DNA from: an uncultured candidate division Zixibacteria bacterium
Lineage (GTDB): Bacteria; Zixibacteria; MSB-5A5; GN15; FEB-12
Direction: 5' to 3'
Assembly (NCBI GenBank): GCA_963735035.1
Contig: CAVTJJ010000004.1
Span: 1,536,001 to 1,600,000 of the forward strand
DNA: 64,000 nt
Shown: positions 58,238 through 64,000 of the stretch, in pieces
Numbering within the stretch: position 1 is the stretch's first letter
Layout of the letters: every line of letters begins with the position of its first letter
The notes under the pieces: model-generated
The model's database searches: none
What the model saw: the letters and a program-made list of their open reading frames with translations, nothing else
Told to the model about the DNA's origin: nothing
Made by a program: the position numbers and the translations under genes

Positions 58238-58549
58238 TCATTCACGTCCTATTCCGTGATCCTGCGGTTTGTGAGACAGGTCGTGGTCGTTGTTGAATCG
58301 ATCCCTCGGATCATCCAATGCCGACCAGTTGTCACCGTTCGCCGCAGCAGTGTCATACGGGTAATAGACATAACCCGTATCGCTAGCGACGTCGGTCTGG
58401 CCGTTCGTCCCATCGATGGCGGTCGATAGAGGATCCGATTGTAACACGGTTCCGGGGCTGGTGACGCGCCGGGTGTCATCGGAGCACCCGAGCATCAAAC
58501 ATCCCAGTACGGCTATCAACAACGAACTGGCAAAGAGTTTTGCGAACAT
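58238..58549 (-). CDS. Small lipoprotein, unknown function
   Basis: GGAGGA SD; MFAKLFASSLLIAVLGCLMLGC lipobox; acidic low-complexity mature part. Confidence 0.7.
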   Translation of the reverse strand: MFAKLFASSLLIAVLGCLMLGCSDDTRRVTSPGTVLQSDPLSTAIDGTNGQTDVASDTGYVYYPYDTAAANGDNWSALDDPRDRFNNDHDLSHKPQDHGIGRE

Positions 58550-58613
58550 TCTCGTATCCTCCGTCTGCCTCAAGGGCAAATGTGACTGACTGTCTAGTGC
58601 CGCTGAGCTTCTT

Positions 58614-58629
58614 GGCAATCCTCATGCCA
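58614..58629 (-). promoter_or_regulatory. Sigma54 (-24/-12) promoter for the small lipoprotein
   Basis: Minus strand TGGCAT-GAGGA-TTGCC with exact GG-N10-GC spacing, 65 bp before the ATG. Confidence 0.72.
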
Positions 58630-58803
58630 TCCGAGACGTTCAAGTTAAGAGGTTGCGCCACAGTCTGTTGGGTGGTCCGAGCTAAGGCGCTACGTCTTGT
58701 TCGGACGTTCATAAGTAGGGTCGATAGTCCATACTTGGAGGGCTTTCTCCCATTACCTGATCCTAAGCCTGTGCAAAATTCAGCCGATATTGGACAGTAG
58801 TGT

Positions 58804-60792
58804 ATGTTATTGTCGCGTACGGGGGTTACGATGATTGAAAGTCAAGTGGCCTGGGTTACAACTGGAATATTCCTGGCTGGCTTGATCCTGTTACGGCGTT
58901 TCCAGAAGGTGCTTACGAATGAAAGCCCCGAGGGTTTTCGCCGTGTCAGTTCGGGTCTGTCGTTGTTGTCGCTGGCGGTTCTCGCCAGACTATTTCATGT
59001 CGAGGGCATGTTCGCCCGGACTCCCTTCTTGTCCGAGCCGATCTTCTTTGACCTGGCCTACTGGATTGCAGTCATCGGGGGAGGATCGATGCTGGTACAT
59101 GGTGCATCTGACTGGTTGCCTCTCGCCAAGCGTAGTCTTCAAGGGAAGGTCGATCAGGTTCAAGGCGCCGAACTGGTACGTCGTGTCCAGCAATTGGTGG
59201 GAGTCGAAAGTCGCATCGACACGGTGCTGGCGAATACACTCCAGTACATGAAAGAACAGGTGGGGTTGTCTTACGGCGCGGTCTTCAAGTGCTCGCTATC
59301 CCGCACGAGAATCGAACTGACCGCTACCACTTCGGAATTTCCGATGCCGCGCAATCTAATGGACGAGTCGGTGGCGCTCTGTTTCGCCGGTCGGCGCAGA
59401 GAAGAACAGATGATCGACTTTGAGAAGTGCCTGTCCCTGAGCCTACCGCCTGTATTGGGTCGTCCGTCGGCGATGATACCCGTGGAAGTTGGGAGTCGAA
59501 AAGTAAGCTGTTTTGTTCTCTGGAAGCTGGAGGGGTCGATATCATCCGATGATCGTCTGACGCTGCAATTGGCTGCGGACATAATCGCGCACAAGATAGA
59601 TCGCGATCATCTGGTGCTGGCACGCCACTCCGATCGGGAACGATCTGAATGGTTTACGACAATAATCGAGTCCGTGATTGAGGCCAAGGGATCAAGCCGT
59701 CGGGTAGCGGCCCTGGCAAAAAGTCTGGCCGATATAGTCCCGTATGATCTGATGGCTGTTACGGTAGTTCCGGGCGAGGGGCGCAGGACCACCCGCTATT
59801 CAATGGCCGAGGGTGGAAATATACTGGTCGAGAAAGCGGTCGAGGCGCCGTTGTCGGACGCGCTCACGGCTCCCGCGTTTTACGGCGACGGGACCGTCGT
59901 GTTCGGTGATCTGAGCACGGACCGTCAGCCGGATCGTCGGGAAGTGCTCACTATCGGTCTGGTTCGCTCGTTGATTTCTGTCCCGGTGCATCTCAGAGGA
60001 GAGCTCGCAATTGTAATGACGCTGACGTCGGGTCAGAAAGATGCCTTCAGTGATCGCCGTCGTGAGACCCTCGAACTCCTGCGGCCGCTCGTAGTCATGG
60101 CTGTGCAGGAAGATATTCTCGAACTGGTTTCGCGCCGGGAACTGTCTCGTTTCGAGAGGATAGAGAAACTGGTCAAGGCAGCGGTCGGGGAAGAAAGCAC
60201 GCAGCTCTTGCTGAATGGTATTGCCGGTCTCGCGGCCGAAGAGACCGGTGCCGAGGTGGTCCGGGTGGCCACGCTCGACAAGTCGGGCGTGTTCATCGGC
60301 TCAAGAGTGTTGATCGCTCCGCAGGGTCGGAACAGTTCGGTCCCGCCGGATGGTCAATTGATATTGCCGTTGATGCCTTTGCACGACCGCGCCGTTCGAT
60401 CCGGGCAAATAGTGGCCAGCCAGAACCAAACTGTCGATGAACTCTCGGCGATGGAAGCGCATCAGATATTCAATGCTGATCTCAAACAGACTTCGGTTGT
60501 GCCGATGACCCACGCCGGTCGAACCGTCGGCGTGATTACCCTGGGCTGGCTCGATAATCGAGCTGAGGTCGGACTAGATACGTCGCAGCGCATATTTCTC
60601 GAAACGCTGGCTCAAATGTCAGCGCCGCTTCTTTCGCAAGGTCAGGAACCGGCCCGGGAAGAGCCGACGAACCGCATGCTCAGACGCGTACAGGCTTTGA
60701 CATCGTCTCTGGGCAAGAGACGATTTGCGGTCCCTGGCGAATCGCGGTCTGAAGTAGAAACTGACGCTGAGGTTCACGAAATAATCAGGTAG
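58804..60792 (+). CDS. Membrane protein with N-terminal TMs and tandem GAF-like domains
   Basis: About three hydrophobic segments, then GAF-like motifs (RSLISVPV..RGEL..VMTL; SVVPM..AGR.VGVITLG). Confidence 0.7.
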   Translation: MLLSRTGVTMIESQVAWVTTGIFLAGLILLRRFQKVLTNESPEGFRRVSSGLSLLSLAVLARLFHVEGMFARTPFLSEPIFFDLAYWIAVIGGGSMLVHGASDWLPLAKRSLQGKVDQVQGAELVRRVQQLVGVESRIDTVLANTLQYMKEQVGLSYGAVFKCSLSRTRIELTATTSEFPMPRNLMDESVALCFAGRRREEQMIDFEKCLSLSLPPVLGRPSAMIPVEVGSRKVSCFVLWKLEGSISSDDRLTLQLAADIIAHKIDRDHLVLARHSDRERSEWFTTIIESVIEAKGSSRRVAALAKSLADIVPYDLMAVTVVPGEGRRTTRYSMAEGGNILVEKAVEAPLSDALTAPAFYGDGTVVFGDLSTDRQPDRREVLTIGLVRSLISVPVHLRGELAIVMTLTSGQKDAFSDRRRETLELLRPLVVMAVQEDILELVSRRELSRFERIEKLVKAAVGEESTQLLLNGIAGLAAEETGAEVVRVATLDKSGVFIGSRVLIAPQGRNSSVPPDGQLILPLMPLHDRAVRSGQIVASQNQTVDELSAMEAHQIFNADLKQTSVVPMTHAGRTVGVITLGWLDNRAEVGLDTSQRIFLETLAQMSAPLLSQGQEPAREEPTNRMLRRVQALTSSLGKRRFAVPGESRSEVETDAEVHEIIR

Positions 60793-60900
60793 GTGACAAG
60801 CCACAAAGGTCAATCGGCCAATTGCGGCGGTCGGAGCTGCTTCGGAGCGGCTGACAATTTCGGTTGCCTAGCCCACTTTTCCGTTTATATTTCAGAATGT

Positions 60901-61020
60901 ATTCTTCGGGGCGAGGTGGAATTCCTCGACCGGCGGTTAAAGCCCGCGAGCCCCGCTAGCGCGGGGCAGAACCTGTGAAACTCAGGTGCCGACGGCAACA
61001 GTCCGGATGGTAGAAGAAGT
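60901..61020 (+). ncRNA. FMN riboswitch (RFN element)
   Basis: TTCTTCGGGGCGAGGTGGAATTCC..ACCGGCGGT.AAAGCCCGCGA...GTGAAA...GCCGACGG..ACAGTCCGGATG..AGAAGAA, directly upstream of ribD. Confidence 0.96.
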
Positions 61021-61054
61021 GAGCAGGACGGCGTCTGCCGTATTCTGTCCATCA

Positions 61055-61080
61055 CCCCGATCTGCCCACGGGGTTTTTTT
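61055..61080 (+). terminator. Riboswitch expression-platform terminator
   Basis: CCCCG-loop-CGGGG followed by T7. Confidence 0.8.
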
Positions 61081-62184
61081 GTGGCCGACCGAACAGACAT
61101 CAAGTTCATGAACCGCGCTCTCGAACTCGCGGCGAAAGCGCGCGGCTATACTTCACCCAATCCGATGGTGGGCGCGGTTATTGTCAGGAACGGTCGGATA
61201 GTCGGCGAAGGATACCACCGTCGGGCGGGACAAGAACATGCCGAGACGGCAGCGTTGCGCAAGGCCGGGCGCCAGGCCCGTGGCGCTACGATGTACGTCA
61301 CTCTGGAGCCGTGCTGTCATGTGGGCTGTACCGGGCCATGCACCGAGGCGATTATCAACGCCGGAATTTCTCGCGTCGTCTATGCCATGCTCGACCCCAA
61401 TCCCATCGTCAAAGGTAAGGGAGATCGTGAACTGCGAAACGCCGGGCTCAAAGTGTCACGCGGAGTCTTACGTCGTTCGGCCGAAGAACTCAATGAAGCT
61501 TACCTCATGTTTCATAAGCTGGGTCGACCGTTCGTGACTCTCAAAATGGCTCAGTCCATCGACGGACGTATTGCTACGATCACCGGCGAATCAAAGTGGA
61601 TATCGAGCCCGGCGTCGCTGAAGCTGGCTCATCGGCTGCGCGCTGAGAACGATGCGGTTATGGTCGGAGCCGGAACAGTTCGGGCCGACAATCCCGCGCT
61701 AACCGTCCGACTGGCAAAAGGGAGAAACCCGTATCGAATCGTGGTGGCCGGACGAAGTGAATTACCGACGAACTGTCAGTTGCTAACGAACAACCGCGAC
61801 CTGAAGACTGTTGTAGCAAAGGTTGGACAAAAAAACAGTCGATCTCCCAACTCCAAACGAAGCGCAAGTATCGTACGATGGGAGTTGAAGGGTGACCGAC
61901 GCGGTCAGGTTGACGTGAGAGATTTGCTGCAAAAGGCGGCCGCTTTTGGGCTTCAGTCGATTCTGGTGGAAGGCGGTTCAAGTCTGGCGACCGCGCTTTT
62001 GAAGGCAGAACTGGTGGATAAAGTTGTGCTGGTAATCGCCCCAAAAATAATCGGACACGGTACCCCAGCGATAGGCGATCTGGGCGTCAAGAGGCTTGAA
62101 GACGGTATCGAACTGACCCGTGTCGAGGTTCTCCGCATGGGAATGGACCTGATAGTGTCTGGATATCCTAAGTATAGTAGTTAA
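61081..62184 (+). CDS. ribD: Bifunctional deaminase/reductase RibD
   Basis: PNPMVGAV, HAE, TLEPC.H..C..PC, SIDG.IA, VEGG. Confidence 0.97.
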   Translation: MADRTDIKFMNRALELAAKARGYTSPNPMVGAVIVRNGRIVGEGYHRRAGQEHAETAALRKAGRQARGATMYVTLEPCCHVGCTGPCTEAIINAGISRVVYAMLDPNPIVKGKGDRELRNAGLKVSRGVLRRSAEELNEAYLMFHKLGRPFVTLKMAQSIDGRIATITGESKWISSPASLKLAHRLRAENDAVMVGAGTVRADNPALTVRLAKGRNPYRIVVAGRSELPTNCQLLTNNRDLKTVVAKVGQKNSRSPNSKRSASIVRWELKGDRRGQVDVRDLLQKAAAFGLQSILVEGGSSLATALLKAELVDKVVLVIAPKIIGHGTPAIGDLGVKRLEDGIELTRVEVLRMGMDLIVSGYPKYSS

Positions 62185-62186
62185 TT

Positions 62187-62822
62187 ATGTTTACGGGTAT
62201 TGTTGAAACGGTTGGTTTAGTAGTCGAAATCAAAGCCAAGGGCAATTATCAGGTCCTGGCGGTGACATCTTCAATCCCAACTGATGAAATCCAGATCGGC
62301 GAATCAATCGCCTGCCAGGGAGCCTGCCTGACCGTGATTGGACACAACAAAGATCGCTTCGAGGTCGAGATTTCGCAGGAGACTACGGCCACAATTGATA
62401 TGTCACGGTTCGAGGTCGGGAGTCGGATCAATATCGAACGCGCCTTGCAGATGGGCGGCCGTTTAGGGGGACATCTCGTTTCAGGTCATGTCGACACTAT
62501 CGGACGCGTCCAGCACCTGAAACCGGTAGGACGTTCGCTTGATCTGGCGATCAGTTTCGACTCAAAATACGATTCACTGGTGATTGATAAAGGCTCCATT
62601 GCCATTGATGGTGTTTCATTGACCGTAAACGCCTGCCGACCGGGCGGGGTGACGGTCAACCTGATCCCGCACACGTCGAAGGAAACAACTCTCTCGGAAC
62701 TGAGGGCCGGCGATGCCGTCAATTTGGAATTCGATCTGATTGGAAAATATGTCTTGAAGTATCAACAGTTCGGTTCTTCACAAGGTATAACGGCCGAGAT
62801 ATTGCGCAAGAGTGGATGGTAA
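62187..62822 (+). CDS. ribE: Riboflavin synthase (alpha chain)
   Basis: N-terminal [29 protein letters not shown]. Confidence 0.97.
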   Translation: MFTGIVETVGLVVEIKAKGNYQVLAVTSSIPTDEIQIGESIACQGACLTVIGHNKDRFEVEISQETTATIDMSRFEVGSRINIERALQMGGRLGGHLVSGHVDTIGRVQHLKPVGRSLDLAISFDSKYDSLVIDKGSIAIDGVSLTVNACRPGGVTVNLIPHTSKETTLSELRAGDAVNLEFDLIGKYVLKYQQFGSSQGITAEILRKSGW

Positions 62823-62824
62823 TT

Positions 62825-64000
62825 ATGAGTGATGAATTTCAATTCGATACGATTCCTCAGGCAATTGATGATATTCGAAACGGAAAATGCATCATTGTAG
62901 TCGATGACGAAGACCGCGAGAACGAGGGCGATCTGATCATGGCGGCCGAAAAAGCGACGCCGGAGATGATCAATTTCTTCGTTACTCATGGACGCGGTCT
63001 CGTGTGTGTGCCGATGACGGAAGATGACCTGCACCGTCTGGATCTGGATCAAATGGTGCAAAAGAACACCGCGCGTCTGGGGACTCGGTTTACGGTGTCG
63101 GTCGATGCTCTTCATGGAACCACCACCGGCATTTCGGCCCATGACCGGGCGCACACGATTCGGGTGCTGGCCGATTCCGGCAGTCATCCGGGAGACCTCG
63201 GTCGACCGGGGCACGTCTTTCCACTTAAGGCGCTCTCCGGCGGAGTCTTGACACGCGCCGGGCATACCGAAGCGGCTGCCGATTTGGCGCGCATGGCCGG
63301 ATTCCGACCGGTGGGAGTCCTCTGCGAGATCATGGACGACGACGGCTCCATGGCGAGGGTACCTCGATTAGCTCAGTTGGCCAAGACTTTTGGCCTCAAG
63401 CTTATCACGGTCAGGAGCCTGATTGAATATCGTCGCCAGACCGAAAAGCTGGTACATCGGGTGACCACGGTCGATTTCCCGACCCGGTTCGGGGAATTCA
63501 AGCTGCATCTGTATCATTCCGAGGTTGACGAGCATCACCATTTGGCGATTGAGCGGGGAGATGTGGCCGGCAAGAAGAACGTCCTGGTGCGGGTGCATTC
63601 AAGTTGTCTGACCGGCGACGTGCTTGGCTCGCTCCGTTGTGATTGCGGGCCGCAGCTTCAGGAGGCTTTGCGGTTGATCGACCAAGAAGGGCTGGGCGTT
63701 CTGCTCTACATGCGTCAGGAAGGGCGAGGTATCGGCCTGGCCAACAAGATTCTCGCGTACAGCTTGCAGGACAAAGGCCGCGATACGGTCGAGGCCAACA
63801 ACGATCTTGGTTTTGAAGCCGATTTGCGTGATTATGGTGTGGGCGCTCAGATCCTTGCCGATCTTGGTTTGACTTCGATCCGGCTATTGACTAACAATCC
63901 TCGCAAGGTTGTCGGCTTGAGCGGGTATGGTTTGGAAATTACTGAACGTTTGCCGATTGAAGTGCCGTCGTCTGAGCACTCCTTCAAGTATCTGGAGACG
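62825..64000 (+). CDS. ribBA: Bifunctional DHBP synthase/GTP cyclohydrolase II (partial, runs off the window)
   Basis: Read directly: [36 protein letters not shown]..., [18 protein letters not shown]...[13 protein letters not shown]. Confidence 0.96.
   Translation, partial: MSDEFQFDTIPQAIDDIRNGKCIIVVDDEDRENEGDLIMAAEKATPEMINFFVTHGRGLVCVPMTEDDLHRLDLDQMVQKNTARLGTRFTVSVDALHGTTTGISAHDRAHTIRVLADSGSHPGDLGRPGHVFPLKALSGGVLTRAGHTEAAADLARMAGFRPVGVLCEIMDDDGSMARVPRLAQLAKTFGLKLITVRSLIEYRRQTEKLVHRVTTVDFPTRFGEFKLHLYHSEVDEHHHLAIERGDVAGKKNVLVRVHSSCLTGDVLGSLRCDCGPQLQEALRLIDQEGLGVLLYMRQEGRGIGLANKILAYSLQDKGRDTVEANNDLGFEADLRDYGVGAQILADLGLTSIRLLTNNPRKVVGLSGYGLEITERLPIEVPSSEHSFKYLET

Overview
A 64 kb bacterial chromosomal window, GC-rich by eye and almost entirely + strand. 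The gene content (PorV/PorQ-type barrel, T9SS/FlgD-like C-terminal sorting domains, Bacteroidetes-type bS22, LapA/LapB) suggests a diderm FCB-affiliated organism such as a Zixibacteria-like lineage; this is inference only. The housekeeping blocks are: rplT(3')-pheS-pheT-zapB/zapA-rny-ymdB-folD; lapA-lapB-SPOR-mutS-mutL-miaA-mltD-sppA-HU-bS22; purD-purE; hrcA-grpE-dnaK-dnaJ-prmA-rsmE-pilD; efp-RNase H; and an FMN riboswitch ahead of ribD-ribE-ribBA. The most interesting accessory block is 8.0-21.4 kb. It is preceded by a sigma54 promoter and encodes, in order: a CTD-bearing surface protein, a PorV-TPR fusion, a membrane RsbW-kinase/HAMP/PP2C fusion, a STAS-HTH fusion with an A10 slippery run at the domain boundary, a diguanylate cyclase, Wza, a TPR protein, a stand-alone BY-kinase and a polysaccharide deacetylase. 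This looks like a candidate envelope-spanning partner-switching system controlling exopolysaccharide. Several genes carry frameshifts that may be assembly indels. I saw no CRISPR array, tRNA, rRNA, transposase or prophage.
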